Shown: positions 1 through 9,627 of the stretch, piece by piece | Layout of the letters: every line of letters starts with the position of its first letter | Position numbering within the stretch: position 1 is the first letter of the stretch | IMG/VR virus record: IMGVR_UViG_3300022743_000004 | Span: 3,793 to 67,792 of that record | Direction: 5' to 3' (one strand) | Origin: a virus | DNA: 64,000 nucleotides | The notes under the pieces: model-generated | What the model was told of the DNA's origin: nothing | Database searches by the model: none | What the model saw: only the letters and a program-made list of their open reading frames with translations | Program-made: the position numbers and the translations under genes

Positions 1-1
1 A

Positions 2-3000
2 GAGCACGCACAGCCCAAGCGCTGGACAGGTGACAGTGAAGGTGGGGGCGGTAACAGCCCCGGCCAGTACAGCGACGCGTATGTGTTTGCCGCAGCAGGT
101 GTTGCGCCAGCGTCCAAAGCCCCAGCTACTCCCGAGTCACTGACTGCAGGAGGCCTGCGCAAATACAACAGCATCGAACGCTCCGTAGACGCGGGCGTGC
201 GCGCCGTGGCAGAGAAGACGCAGGGGTCAGGTGCAGCGCGCGGCATGCCCTACTACGAAGATGTGGCCAAAGCGCTGAAAGGCGTCGGGCCTGCGCAGCG
301 AGAGGCTGTGCTCTTGTCACTGATCGGCACTATTACTGAGAAACAACGCGCCGCTTACCTAGAGGAAGTCGGCCTAAAGCGCTACCGTAAGTACCTGGAA
401 AACGCGGCTCGCAAGGCAAAGCTCACGCTCGACGACCCGAGCGGTGTAGCCGCTGTAGCCAAAGACGCCTCCAAGCGCGAAGACCCCTTCGTGGTTGAGC
501 CGCTGGACGTGGTGGACCCAAGCGAGTTCACCCGCGTGGATGGAGTGCTGCACGCTAAACGCACGAACCCTTCCAGCACCACTCGCACCGTGAAGAACAT
601 CAAGGATGACTTCGGTGGGGCTGGTACTGATGTCACAACAACTGGGCGGCTGGCCAACCGCTCCGGCAAGACCATCGCCGACGCAAAGACCGACAGCGAC
701 CACGCCACTCCGCTGGACTATTTCAAACCCCAAAAGGATGGTGAGCGCCGCGACGACTTCGCTGACGTGCTGGGACGTACCAAGGAGGGCGGTGAGAGCG
801 CCTACAGCATGCGCAAGTCCTCTCTGGGCGTAGAGCACGCCACGGACGCGCTGGAGAAGGCTGAGACCCGTGGTGAGGCTCTGGTGGCCAAGCTGATCGA
901 CAACCCAGCCGAGGGCATGGCCGACCTGACCTCCCGCATGCGCAGTGCCTTACGCCCTGCTTACGTGGAGGCCGAGAAAAGCGACGACCCCCGCCAGTAC
1001 GCCAAGAACATAGCTGCGGCCAACAACCAGGCCGTGGGCGGCAAGCAGTACCTGTACCCTGCAGCGCATGCGCTCTCTCCTGAGAACATCCAAGCCGTGC
1101 TGACAGCCGCCGACCTCGGGCCTGAAGAGGCTGCGACGATGAAGGTTGAGCTGACCAACCTGCGCAAAGCCGCTGCCTCCATCGCTACCCGCGTGGGGCT
1201 GACACCGCGTCAGATGGTGGCCGTGGCCAAGATGCTGGCCACTGAGGACAAGCGCGGCATGATCAACGCGGTGAACGTGACGCACTACCTGACGAACCTC
1301 GGCAAAGACGCGGACTTCGGTTCGCAGCAGGCGGTCTCTAAGGGCGGTGCCGACACCTCCAAGCAGTACGACCTCACCAAGAAAAAAGCCACCCTGACCC
1401 TGCGCCCCAAAGGCACAGAAGGTCCAGTCACCAAGGACGGCTCCCGTATGTTCGACGCCCCCATGGGCGGCGGGCGCACGGGTGAGAAGGCGGCGGTACA
1501 GCGCCGGGTTGCAGGAGGTGCCGTCGCGCCCTCGGGAAAGTCCCAGCAAAGTGGGGTGCGTGAGATACCGTTACCGCGTGAAGTGCGTGCAGGGATACAA
1601 GCTGTTCTCCGTGGTGAGCCGTTGCCACAGGGCATGCGGTTCGCCTACAAAGACTCTGAAATTTACATTCGCTCAGCCGACGAGATTGCGTCGCTGCCCG
1701 CCAGAGAGCAAGTGCGTGCGGCGCTGGCAAACCAAGCGACGGTGAACTTACTGAGTCACCTCACACGATCCAACGCCCTAGAATTTATTCCTTGGGCGGA
1801 AGAGATGGGTCTCGATCCAAACGGTGCTGAAGCCCGCAGGCGGTACATCTACGAGAGAGACAAAAAGATGATGCCGCCAGAGATTGATCTGGAGCGTGGG
1901 TTCATGCGTGTCCTGCCCCAGCAAAGTGGGGCGCATGACCCATACGCTGGGTTCAAAAACACCGACATAGTGTGGGCAGTGCGTGCCGGTGAGGACGAAG
2001 ACGGTGGTGGCAAGGTGCTGGCTGTGTTCAGAGACCTGGGCAAGGCGCAGGCCGAGGCTGAGCGTGCAGGCGGCAATCTGGAGCACAACACCGTCGCTGG
2101 CCTGAAGGCTGACGAGGCCGACCAAGGCACGCGCCTGAGTCAGCAGAGGGCCGACGGCGAAGGCAATGGCATGCCCGCCTCCCAAGCACAGATGGACGAG
2201 GCCAAGGCCTACGTCCAGAAGGTGTTGGGCAAGGACGTGCGTGTGGCCTTCGAGAAGGCCATGGGCCATGCCGGTGAGTGGGTGGAGGCTGAGAACCTGA
2301 TCAAAATCTCCACGACCTCGGCTGCAGGCCAACTGCAGACGGCCTACCACGAGGCGCTGCATGCGTTCTTCAGCAAGTACGTGAAGAACGACCCCCACAT
2401 GTTCGAGGTGATGAAGACCATCGCCGAAGACCCCAAGATCGTGGAGCGCCTGCACGCACTGCTGGACGGACACCCTGCAGCGCAGGCACAGCTCGCCCAC
2501 GGTGAGGAGCGCTTGGCCTACGCCTACCAGTTCTGGGCTGCAGGTAAGCTGGACCTGCCCGGTGGCGCACCCAAGACGTTCTTCGGCAAGCTGCGTGCGT
2601 TGTTCAAGCGCATCCTGGGCATGGTGACAGACAGCAACCGCGCTGTGGCGATCTTCGAGGCCTTCCACAGCGGCAAGCTGAGTGACCCGTCCGCTGCCGG
2701 TCAGGTCTTGGCCAAAGAGCTGGCCAGGGGCACATGGACACGCAACCAGCTCAAGAGCATGGACACGCTGGTGCAGTGGGTGGCTGGTAAGACCATGCCG
2801 TCCGAGGTCGTGCTGACCAGCAGCGCCTCACCGCGTGCGCAGGCTCTGGCCCGTGAGCTGTACACCAACCCCGCCGACGAGAAGGCTGGCAGCGCAGACG
2901 AAGGCTACATGAACGCCAAGTCCCGCCACGCCAAGCAGTACAGCAACAAATTCAAGAAAATGCTCTTGGACCTGGGCCTGTCTGACCGTGATCTGCAGGA

Positions 3001-4792
3001 CGTGGGTGAGCACATGATGAAGCAGACCGAGCTTGCCGACATCCCTTACCAGCCGGTGCGCAAGGCTGTGATGCAGACCCGCCAACTCACCCAACGCTTC
3101 TATCGCTACATGACGGAAGAGCGTGGCATGCAGCTAGGCAACCTGGGTGGCAAGTATTACCCGCGCGTGTGGAACAAGAGCGAGCTGATCCAGAACGGTC
3201 ACGGCTTCATAGAGATGCTGCGTGAGAAGTACCCCGAGGTGCTGGCCGACGGTGTGGCTGCAAGCAAGGGCAAGATGTCGGAGAACCAGGTGGGCACTCG
3301 CATCCTGAACGCCATCATCAACGGTGGCGAGATCATGCAGAAGACCGGCCCGCAGCGCGACGACGGCGTGCTGGCCCCGTACTTCATGAGCAAGCGCATA
3401 CGTTCGCTGGACTGGCTGAAGACGGAGGACAGCGCCCCATGGCAGGACAAGAACTTCGCCAAGACCATGCTCACCTACTTCCACGACGGTGCGCGTGCTG
3501 CTGAGTACACCAGCCGCTTCGGTGAGCGCGGTGAGGTGCTGGACGCTGCGCTGACCCAAATTCGCAACGAGTTGGACGATCACTCCCTGAACATGCTGAC
3601 CAAGAAAGAGTTCAAGGATGACGCTGCCCGCAAGAAGTGGGTGCAGAGCCAGATGCGTGACGTGCGTGATGCAGTGGCTGCAATGGAGGGCACCATCGGC
3701 AAGAACATCTCCAACCGCTGGCGCAAAGCCAATAGCTGGGTGACCGCGTACCAGAACATACGCCTGCTGCCTCTCATGCTGTTCAGCAGCATGGTAGACC
3801 CCATGGCGATGGTGGGCCGTGGTGCCCCGATGCGTGAGGCGTATGACGCCTACCTGCGCGGCATGAAGGAAGTGTTCGCCAACTGGGCCGACATGTTCCG
3901 TGACGAGCCCAAGAAACGCACCGCTGACAAGTGGGAGCTGTTGGCCGAGGCCGCAGGTGTTGTGGACGTGGCGCTGTTCACCAACCATGTGTCCGACGAG
4001 TATTCGTCGGTGTTCATGGACGGCAATGCGAAAAAGATCAACGACGTGCTGTTCAAGATGAACGGCATGGAGGCATGGGACCGTGGCATGCGTATCGCTG
4101 CCACCAAGTCCGCTGCCTTGTTCATCGCCCGCCACAAGGCACTACCAGACGCCACACACAGCGCACGTTGGCTGGCTGAGGTCGGGCTCACCCCAGAGGA
4201 CATCCACCTCGACGAGCGTGGCGAGCTGATCACCGACAAGCACGACCTCCAGGACACCCTTGGCATCACGAAGGAAGACGCTGAGCGTCAGGCCGACAAG
4301 ATGAACTACGCGCTGGCGCGGTGGGTGCAGGGTGCTGTGCTCTCGCCAAATGCTGCTCACCGCCCTGCGTGGGGCAGCGACCCGCACTACAGTATGTTCT
4401 TCCACCTCAAGCAGTTCACCTACAGCTTCCACCAGACAGTGCTCAAGCGCGCGGTAAACGAGCTGGAGTACGGCAACCTGGCTCCCATGGGCACCTTCGC
4501 GTGGTACATCCCTGTGATGATCGCGTCAGACGTCACCAAGGGGCTGATACAAGGCGGCGGTGAGCTTCCCTCACACATGAAGGGCATGGACGCAGCACAG
4601 TGGCTCATGCGCGGTGCTGAGCGCGGAGGCATGTTGGGTATCGGTGCCATCGGTGTGGATGCGGGTCATGACCTCGCGTCACTCGGTGGTCCTGCAGTGG
4701 AGCAGATTGTGGATGCGTGGGGTGCGCCAGCGCGCAACACTGCGATCAACGCACTGCCTTTGCATGGGCTGTACGCGGAGGCTCTGAAGTGA
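2..4792 (+). CDS. Giant internal virion/ejection protein, 5'-truncated, with a zincin-like HExxH segment
   Basis: Frame is open from base 2 (>1569 aa); lies between virion genes and lysis genes; YHEALHAFF...GEERLAYAY motif. Confidence 0.7.
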   Translation, partial: EHAQPKRWTGDSEGGGGNSPGQYSDAYVFAAAGVAPASKAPATPESLTAGGLRKYNSIERSVDAGVRAVAEKTQGSGAARGMPYYEDVAKALKGVGPAQREAVLLSLIGTITEKQRAAYLEEVGLKRYRKYLENAARKAKLTLDDPSGVAAVAKDASKREDPFVVEPLDVVDPSEFTRVDGVLHAKRTNPSSTTRTVKNIKDDFGGAGTDVTTTGRLANRSGKTIADAKTDSDHATPLDYFKPQKDGERRDDFADVLGRTKEGGESAYSMRKSSLGVEHATDALEKAETRGEALVAKLIDNPAEGMADLTSRMRSALRPAYVEAEKSDDPRQYAKNIAAANNQAVGGKQYLYPAAHALSPENIQAVLTAADLGPEEAATMKVELTNLRKAAASIATRVGLTPRQMVAVAKMLATEDKRGMINAVNVTHYLTNLGKDADFGSQQAVSKGGADTSKQYDLTKKKATLTLRPKGTEGPVTKDGSRMFDAPMGGGRTGEKAAVQRRVAGGAVAPSGKSQQSGVREIPLPREVRAGIQAVLRGEPLPQGMRFAYKDSEIYIRSADEIASLPAREQVRAALANQATVNLLSHLTRSNALEFIPWAEEMGLDPNGAEARRRYIYERDKKMMPPEIDLERGFMRVLPQQSGAHDPYAGFKNTDIVWAVRAGEDEDGGGKVLAVFRDLGKAQAEAERAGGNLEHNTVAGLKADEADQGTRLSQQRADGEGNGMPASQAQMDEAKAYVQKVLGKDVRVAFEKAMGHAGEWVEAENLIKISTTSAAGQLQTAYHEALHAFFSKYVKNDPHMFEVMKTIAEDPKIVERLHALLDGHPAAQAQLAHGEERLAYAYQFWAAGKLDLPGGAPKTFFGKLRALFKRILGMVTDSNRAVAIFEAFHSGKLSDPSAAGQVLAKELARGTWTRNQLKSMDTLVQWVAGKTMPSEVVLTSSASPRAQALARELYTNPADEKAGSADEGYMNAKSRHAKQYSNKFKKMLLDLGLSDRDLQDVGEHMMKQTELADIPYQPVRKAVMQTRQLTQRFYRYMTEERGMQLGNLGGKYYPRVWNKSELIQNGHGFIEMLREKYPEVLADGVAASKGKMSENQVGTRILNAIINGGEIMQKTGPQRDDGVLAPYFMSKRIRSLDWLKTEDSAPWQDKNFAKTMLTYFHDGARAAEYTSRFGERGEVLDAALTQIRNELDDHSLNMLTKKEFKDDAARKKWVQSQMRDVRDAVAAMEGTIGKNISNRWRKANSWVTAYQNIRLLPLMLFSSMVDPMAMVGRGAPMREAYDAYLRGMKEVFANWADMFRDEPKKRTADKWELLAEAAGVVDVALFTNHVSDEYSSVFMDGNAKKINDVLFKMNGMEAWDRGMRIAATKSAALFIARHKALPDATHSARWLAEVGLTPEDIHLDERGELITDKHDLQDTLGITKEDAERQADKMNYALARWVQGAVLSPNAAHRPAWGSDPHYSMFFHLKQFTYSFHQTVLKRAVNELEYGNLAPMGTFAWYIPVMIASDVTKGLIQGGGELPSHMKGMDAAQWLMRGAERGGMLGIGAIGVDAGHDLASLGGPAVEQIVDAWGAPARNTAINALPLHGLYAEALK

Positions 4793-4854
4793 GAAAGCCC
4801 GAATGACTCCGGCCTATTCGGGGCGAACTGAAAACGCGGTGGAGGTATTACTTC

Positions 4855-4980
4855 TACCTAATCTATTAACTTATATTCTTATACTTATAAAATTAAATTA
4901 TCAATTTGAATAAATTAAATTATAAATATTAGTAAATAGAAATACCTATGTAGAGATGGGCGCGGCCCAAATCCGCAAGA
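4855..4980. repeat. AT-rich origin-like element, copy 1
   Basis: Nearly pure A/T tract in a GC-rich genome; shares ATTATAAATATTAG and TAGTAAATAGAAATACCTAT(G/A)TAGAGATGGG with 37836-37960. Confidence 0.7.
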
Positions 4981-5047
4981 TTGAAAGGCCAGCTTTAGCT
5001 GGCATAATTTGGCCAATTTATCTAATCTCTAACTTCGATCCAATGCC

Positions 5048-5278
5048 ATGTCAGACCACGACACGATTACTCTGAAGCACTTTGTCAATTGGCTCGCGGC
5101 CATATTAGGCCTCGGCACTTTTGCCCAAGTGGTCCCCGTAGCAGTCGGCGTTCTGTCCGGCGTGTGGGTGACGGTCCAGCTCTACGGTTACGTGAAGTAC
5201 GAACTTCCCGTAAAGCGCGCAAAGCTCAAAGAACTTCACGACTCTATGAGGGATAGCTCCGATGAAACTCAGCCCTAA
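5048..5278 (+). CDS. Putative holin/antiholin
   Basis: 76 aa, hydrophobic core and basic tail, overlaps the endolysin start. Confidence 0.6.
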   Translation: MSDHDTITLKHFVNWLAAILGLGTFAQVVPVAVGVLSGVWVTVQLYGYVKYELPVKRAKLKELHDSMRDSSDETQP

Positions 5279-5777
5279 CTTCACACTTGCCGAGTTTGTC
5301 CAATCACAAACTGCAGCACGGGACGAGATTGACAACTCGCTCCCCGATAACCTATTACCCAACGCCATCCGCACAGCTACAGGCCTTGAAGAAGTCCGTG
5401 CCATAGCCCTCAACAGCAACCAAGTTCTGCTCTCTAGCGCGTACCGCTGCGAGGCGCTTGAGAAGGTTACGTGCTGGGGCTCGTTCCTGACGTGGTGCCG
5501 CCTACGCAACTTGGCTCCAAATGATGCCAACTGGGCCAAATACTTCGCCACCAAAGATCACCCCAAGGCACAAGCTGCCGACCTCCTGTGCCCAACGTTC
5601 GGACCTCCTGTGCGTGTCATGGCTGCTATCGCCAAGAGCGGAATCATCTACGACCAGCTCATTCTTGAGTTCCCCGGCAGCAAGTCCGGTGGTTGGGTGC
5701 ATGTGAGTTTCCGCGACGAGCCACGCCAGCAGGCGCTCGTCGTTGACTCCGATGGAACAAGGAACTATGTAGCATGA
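5262..5777 (+). CDS. Endolysin, peptidase M15-type
   Basis: LSPNFTLAEF N-terminus, SSAYRC, H-x6-D (DHPKAQAAD), DQLILEF and WVHVS Zn-peptidase motifs. Confidence 0.85.
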   Translation: MKLSPNFTLAEFVQSQTAARDEIDNSLPDNLLPNAIRTATGLEEVRAIALNSNQVLLSSAYRCEALEKVTCWGSFLTWCRLRNLAPNDANWAKYFATKDHPKAQAADLLCPTFGPPVRVMAAIAKSGIIYDQLILEFPGSKSGGWVHVSFRDEPRQQALVVDSDGTRNYVA

Positions 5778-6190
5778 GCCGCAACGCTAAAGCCTACGCC
5801 ATGGCATTGATCATCGTGATCTGGGGCTACGTGCTGTACTCCGGCAACGTCTTCGCCCAGACGCCAACTGTCGTGTTGAGTCCGTACAAGGACTACGCCA
5901 TCACGACCACGCCACCCCCACGCAACGCCGACGGCACGATCAAGCGCGACCCGAAGGTCATCGCGGCTTACCGCAAGCTGTACCCATGCCCGAGCACCGG
6001 CCTATACACAGGGGCATGTCCCGACTGGGCGCTGGACCATACCCGACCCATCGACTGCGGCGGTGTAGACGCTGTGTGGAACCTGACATGGATGCACAAC
6101 AGCATTAAGTCTGCTAAAGGCCCATTCACCAAGGATCACTACGAGCGCCGCATTTACGGCGGCAAAGGCGTGAGCGAGGGGTGCCCGTGA
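5774..6190 (+). CDS. HNH-like nuclease with N-terminal signal peptide
   Basis: Hydrophobic N-terminus ending VFA-Q; CPSTG...ACP...DHTRPIDCGG...N motif. Confidence 0.65.
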   Translation: MSRNAKAYAMALIIVIWGYVLYSGNVFAQTPTVVLSPYKDYAITTTPPPRNADGTIKRDPKVIAAYRKLYPCPSTGLYTGACPDWALDHTRPIDCGGVDAVWNLTWMHNSIKSAKGPFTKDHYERRIYGGKGVSEGCP

Positions 6191-6396
6191 ACCTCCTCGA
6201 CCTCAACATCGATCAGCCTGAGTTCACCGTCATCGAGAAGGTGATCCTCCGCGAGTTGAAGGACAAGTACGAGCAGTACATGCGGCAGGGCCGGTGCTTT
6301 GAGGCGAGCGGCGTAGCCCGCGCCATTCAGATCACGTACAAGCGCCTCAAGGGTGACTTTGAGGATACACAACCAACCCATTGGGGATCACTATGA
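6181..6396 (+). CDS. Hypothetical protein
   Basis: ORF tightly packed between lysis-cassette genes. Confidence 0.55.
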   Translation: MPVNLLDLNIDQPEFTVIEKVILRELKDKYEQYMRQGRCFEASGVARAIQITYKRLKGDFEDTQPTHWGSL

Positions 6397-6584
6397 ACTT
6401 CACAGCTCTCGGCGGACGCCGCTTCGTTATCGCTCTCGGCGCAGGTCTCTGCACTACCTTGTTGCAGTGGTTCGGCAAGCTGGATGCTGCCGGTACTACC
6501 TACGCTCTGGTCATTGCAGGCACTGTCGGTGCCTACATCGCCGGGGCGACAGTCGATAACAAGAACCAAGTGCCCAAGCCATGA
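6393..6584 (+). CDS. Second small membrane protein (holin-like)
   Basis: Two hydrophobic segments; ATGA overlaps with both neighbours. Confidence 0.55.
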   Translation: MNFTALGGRRFVIALGAGLCTTLLQWFGKLDAAGTTYALVIAGTVGAYIAGATVDNKNQVPKP

Positions 6585-6928
6585 ACCCCTACCTGATCAT
6601 CGCAGCGCTCCTGGCCGTGATAGGCGCAGGTGCTGGCGGCTTCAAGCTCGGGGTTGACCATGAGAAGGCTGGCCAGATCAGCAAGCAAGAGTCCATCGCC
6701 GAGGCCGTGGACGCGGCCAACAACGTGTGGGCCGACAAGGTAGCTAGCCTCAAGCCGACATACACCACCATTCAGAACAAACTGGAGAAGCAAATTGAAA
6801 CGAATACTGTATATCGTGACTGTCACCTTGATCCTGTCGGCTTGCAGTTGGCCAATCAAGCCCTCTCCGGTGGAGCCAAGCCCGTTGGCCAAGGTGAGCT
6901 GCCCAAAGCTGACGCCGTTGGAAAGTGA
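6581..6928 (+). CDS. Inner-membrane spanin (Rz-like)
   Basis: N-terminal TM, helical periplasmic part with a late Cys; overlapped by a lipoprotein ORF. Confidence 0.75.
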   Translation: MNPYLIIAALLAVIGAGAGGFKLGVDHEKAGQISKQESIAEAVDAANNVWADKVASLKPTYTTIQNKLEKQIETNTVYRDCHLDPVGLQLANQALSGGAKPVGQGELPKADAVGK

Positions 6929-7013
6929 CACCTTCGGTGCCACGGTCAGCAAGCTGACTGAAGTAGCAGGTATCTACTACCTATGCCGCGCATCTGTCGG
7001 CGTTAAGGATTAA
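6795..7013 (+). CDS. Outer-membrane spanin lipoprotein (Rz1-like)
   Basis: Lipobox LSAC, Pro-rich mature part, starts inside the Rz-like gene in another frame. Confidence 0.75.
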   Translation: MKRILYIVTVTLILSACSWPIKPSPVEPSPLAKVSCPKLTPLESDTFGATVSKLTEVAGIYYLCRASVGVKD

Positions 7014-7140
7014 CGCGCTGCCTCTGCGCGTTTATTACCCACCCACTTCACTGCCCCGTGGGTGACGATCATGATGCCTACAAGCGCACGCAGCGCCTTG
7101 TAGGCTGCGCGGATAGCGCGAGCGATCATGAAAAACAACG

Positions 7141-7422
7141 TCATTGATTCTCTCCTTCTAGTTTCACAATAGTGGTCTCCCAGTCCTGGTCTGTGACGAC
7201 CAGGACAAAACCTTTCTTCCTGTCGGTTGGGTCAACCGAGTAACGCGACAGTATCTGCCCAACGCAGCGCATGGAGTGCGCGTTGGCTCGGCGTTCTGAA
7301 GGGGTGATCTCCCCATACTCATTGACCGCGTGTCTAGCGACCAGATCAAACGGCATGCGCTTGAGCGTCATCCGAACTGCTTCGGTGACGCACAGCTTAC
7401 CGAGAAGAAAGTTACTGTGCAT
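7141..7422 (-). CDS. Conserved hypothetical phage/plasmid protein
   Basis: F-x-LG...ARH...G...R-x-AN...LSRY...T-D...TT pattern recalled from small mobile-element proteins. Confidence 0.55.
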   Translation of the reverse strand: MHSNFLLGKLCVTEAVRMTLKRMPFDLVARHAVNEYGEITPSERRANAHSMRCVGQILSRYSVDPTDRKKGFVLVVTDQDWETTIVKLEGENQ

Positions 7423-7423
7423 G

Positions 7424-7663
7424 CTATTCCTTGAAGCCTCGCACGATCCACGCAATCGCCGCCAGAGCGACGACCACACCGGCCAGCAGCCCTATACCGC
7501 CTACAGCCAAGATAACGGCTCCTAGCGCCAATATGAGCAGCAGGGAGATGACAATCTTCACCCTGCGTACTCCCTCGGACTTGCTGCGGTGCATGAACAA
7601 GGCTACCTGCCACAGCAGACTCACCACGACCAGCAAAACAATCCACCCTAGTGCTCCTGCCAT
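7424..7663 (-). CDS. Small membrane protein next to attP
   Basis: AAGGAG Shine-Dalgarno before ATG 7663; 2-3 hydrophobic helices. Confidence 0.6.
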   Translation of the reverse strand: MAGALGWIVLLVVVSLLWQVALFMHRSKSEGVRRVKIVISLLLILALGAVILAVGGIGLLAGVVVALAAIAWIVRGFKE

Positions 7664-7710
7664 GGCAGTCTCCTTCGTTTTGTGAGCTGAAAATGTACCA
7701 AATCCGTTCT

Positions 7711-7926
7711 GGTCATAACGGCGTGTCATAATCCGCCGCAACCCGCATGAATGCTGGCGATGGCGGATACCCTGTAACCTTGACATGGTGGGGGTCGTTG
7801 GTTCGAGTCCAATTGCGCCTACCACTTTCTCCTCTGAAAGTGACACTTAGACCTCACACTTAGACTGAGGCTAAACCGTTAGAACCAGCCCCGTTCAGCG
7901 TATCCAGGTCATAACGGCTTGTCATA
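7711..7926. promoter_or_regulatory. attP arm-type repeats
   Basis: GGTCATAACGGC(G/T)TGTCATA at 7711-7730 and 7907-7926 flank the core; ACACTTAGAC twice at 7843 and 7856. Confidence 0.7.
7777..7824 (+). other. attP core: 3' half of tRNA-Val(GAC)
   Basis: CCTT-GAC-ATGGTGGGGGTCGTTGGTTCGAGTCCAATTGCGCCTACCA gives anticodon loop, T-arm and CCA; no D-arm or 5' half; downstream of the integrase. Confidence 0.88.
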
Positions 7927-8158
7927 CCTCACCACGCAGTCTGCGTACGGCCAAGTAGTCCTGCACATCGTCCCACGTCATCACGAAGCTGCCGTAGTCG
8001 TGTTGCACAGTAACCACTTGGCCGGAGATCAAGCTAGTCAGTGTCGCTCGTTTGTCAGGCTGCTCCATCATGGAGTTCAGGATAGACCGAGGCGTCAGCA
8101 CCTCGGTACGGATCACTTCGTCAAGATTTAGCTTGGCCTTGCTTGAAGAAACCATCAA
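7922..8158 (-). CDS. Small protein with C-terminal RLRG motif
   Basis: Ends YLAVRRLRGEV. Confidence 0.6.
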   Translation of the reverse strand: MMVSSSKAKLNLDEVIRTEVLTPRSILNSMMEQPDKRATLTSLISGQVVTVQHDYGSFVMTWDDVQDYLAVRRLRGEV

Positions 8159-8468
8159 TTAGCTCCTTAAGTTTTGCTGTGCCCTCGTCGAGTGAGGGTG
8201 CCTTGGCGTCTTTGTTGGCCAGGATGAACTTGGCAAACCATGCGCCGAACTCTTCCGAGACCTCATAGTCATACACGCCGGGGAAGTCCTGCGGTCCTTT
8301 GGCTTCAAGCAAGCTCTGGCTGATTGGCGCGAACTGAGTCAGCTCGTCCACCAGCTCTATGCAGCCCTTGTCCCAATGCGACAGCAGCTTAGTGAGGCCG
8401 TTTTGAGTCGGTAGGCCCATGGCCATGAATGCTGCCGTGTTGGCAACCCATCGTGCGGTATCTATCAT
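8121..8468 (-). CDS. Hypothetical protein
   Basis: ATGA overlap with the integrase stop. Confidence 0.6.
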   Translation of the reverse strand: MIDTARWVANTAAFMAMGLPTQNGLTKLLSHWDKGCIELVDELTQFAPISQSLLEAKGPQDFPGVYDYEVSEEFGAWFAKFILANKDAKAPSLDEGTAKLKELIDGFFKQGQAKS

Positions 8469-9457
8469 CTGTTTACCTTCGAGTTGTCTGCAAAAGAGGC
8501 GAGGTGCCCCGGTGAGTGATGGGCGTACACCATCACCATCCTGAGATCACTCCACCCGCCGAGGCGTTGGAGGACTTCAAGTGGCGTCCCGGCCTGTACA
8601 TGCCAGGTAGCCCAGGTGTGCCGGAAGCCGTGCCAAGTAAAGCCTTCGTACCGCCCGTCGCGGTCACAACGCCCGACCCCTGCACGTATGCACGCGGCTT
8701 GGAAAGCTGTTTTGACTTCCGCATACGGCTTGCCTCGGAACGTAAAGCACCACTCAGGGTGTTTGCCCTTAACGGCTTCGAGGGCACTGACGGCGGCGGC
8801 GCTAAGAGGGATACTGATGGCCCGCCCCGACTTGGAGTCACTTCCATCCACCCATGCGGTGCGTCGGGCAAGGTCAACATGGTCCCAGCGGAGACCAAGT
8901 ACATTGGCTTGGCGTAGGCCCGTCGCAAGCGCGAACGATGCCGAATGCTGGAGGTGAAACGGGAGTTCTGCATGAAGTTTGCTCCATTGTTCACGCGTGA
9001 GCCAGTCACGCGTCTTGGGTTTCTTGTCAGTTTTCGTCGCCAGCTTGGGCAACTCGCGCAGCCAACCTTCGTCTTTGGCGACATTCAAAATCGCCATGAT
9101 CATGGTGCGGTAGCGTGTGTAGGTGCCCGCTGTTTTGCAGAACGACAACGCTTCGTCGATGTTCTCGCGGGTCACAGCGGTGAGCGCCCGATCCTTGTAA
9201 ATACGGCCGAACTTGGCCAAGCTCAGAATCTCGCTGTCGCTGCGGGTCTCTTTGGCGACCCACTTCATGACAGCCATACCCCAAGTCTTGCCACTCAGTC
9301 GGGGAGTGATCTTCCATAACTCTGCCTTGATTTCGTCGTGGATGCGGAGCGCTTCTTTTTTATCAACTGTTCCAGTTGAGCGACGTACCCGTGGTGCATT
9401 GGGGTGGGTGATGCTGACCCACCACGGGCCGTCTGGTGTTTGTTTGTAGAGTGACAT
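8465..9457 (-). CDS. int: Tyrosine integrase
   Basis: TGLR, HGFRHTWA, LGGW...VYAH catalytic R-H-R-W-Y set; likely start MSLYKQ. Confidence 0.95.
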   Translation of the reverse strand: MSLYKQTPDGPWWVSITHPNAPRVRRSTGTVDKKEALRIHDEIKAELWKITPRLSGKTWGMAVMKWVAKETRSDSEILSLAKFGRIYKDRALTAVTRENIDEALSFCKTAGTYTRYRTMIMAILNVAKDEGWLRELPKLATKTDKKPKTRDWLTREQWSKLHAELPFHLQHSASFALATGLRQANVLGLRWDHVDLARRTAWVDGSDSKSGRAISIPLSAAAVSALEAVKGKHPEWCFTFRGKPYAEVKTAFQAACIRAGVGRCDRDGRYEGFTWHGFRHTWATWHVQAGTPLEVLQRLGGWSDLRMVMVYAHHSPGHLASFADNSKVNR

Positions 9458-9627
9458 GCGGTCTCCAGATAGGAGCCACGCATGAAGGCGATCAGATCGT
9501 CCTCCAAGAACGCCCAACTCCTGCCTATCTTTGATCCTGGGATCAGCCCAGCTTTCGCGCGCGACTGCAACGTACTCGGGTGAATACGAAGCAGCGCAGC
9601 AGCGTCAGCGAGGCCGAGTGACTTCAT
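9295..9627 (-). CDS. xis: Excisionase-like HTH protein
   Basis: AAALLRIHPSTL...AKAGLIPGSKIGRSWAF pattern, directly upstream of int. Confidence 0.75.
   Translation of the reverse strand: MKSLGLADAAALLRIHPSTLQSRAKAGLIPGSKIGRSWAFLEDDLIAFMRGSYLETACHSTNKHQTARGGSASPTPMHHGYVAQLEQLIKKKRSASTTKSRQSYGRSLPD

Noticed and set aside
2-4792. N4-like virion RNA polymerase
   Set aside because: No recognisable RNA polymerase catalytic motifs in the visible part; the missing N-terminus cannot be judged
7750-7824. Complete tRNA-Val gene
   Set aside because: No 5' acceptor strand or D-arm upstream of the anticodon loop; it is an att core
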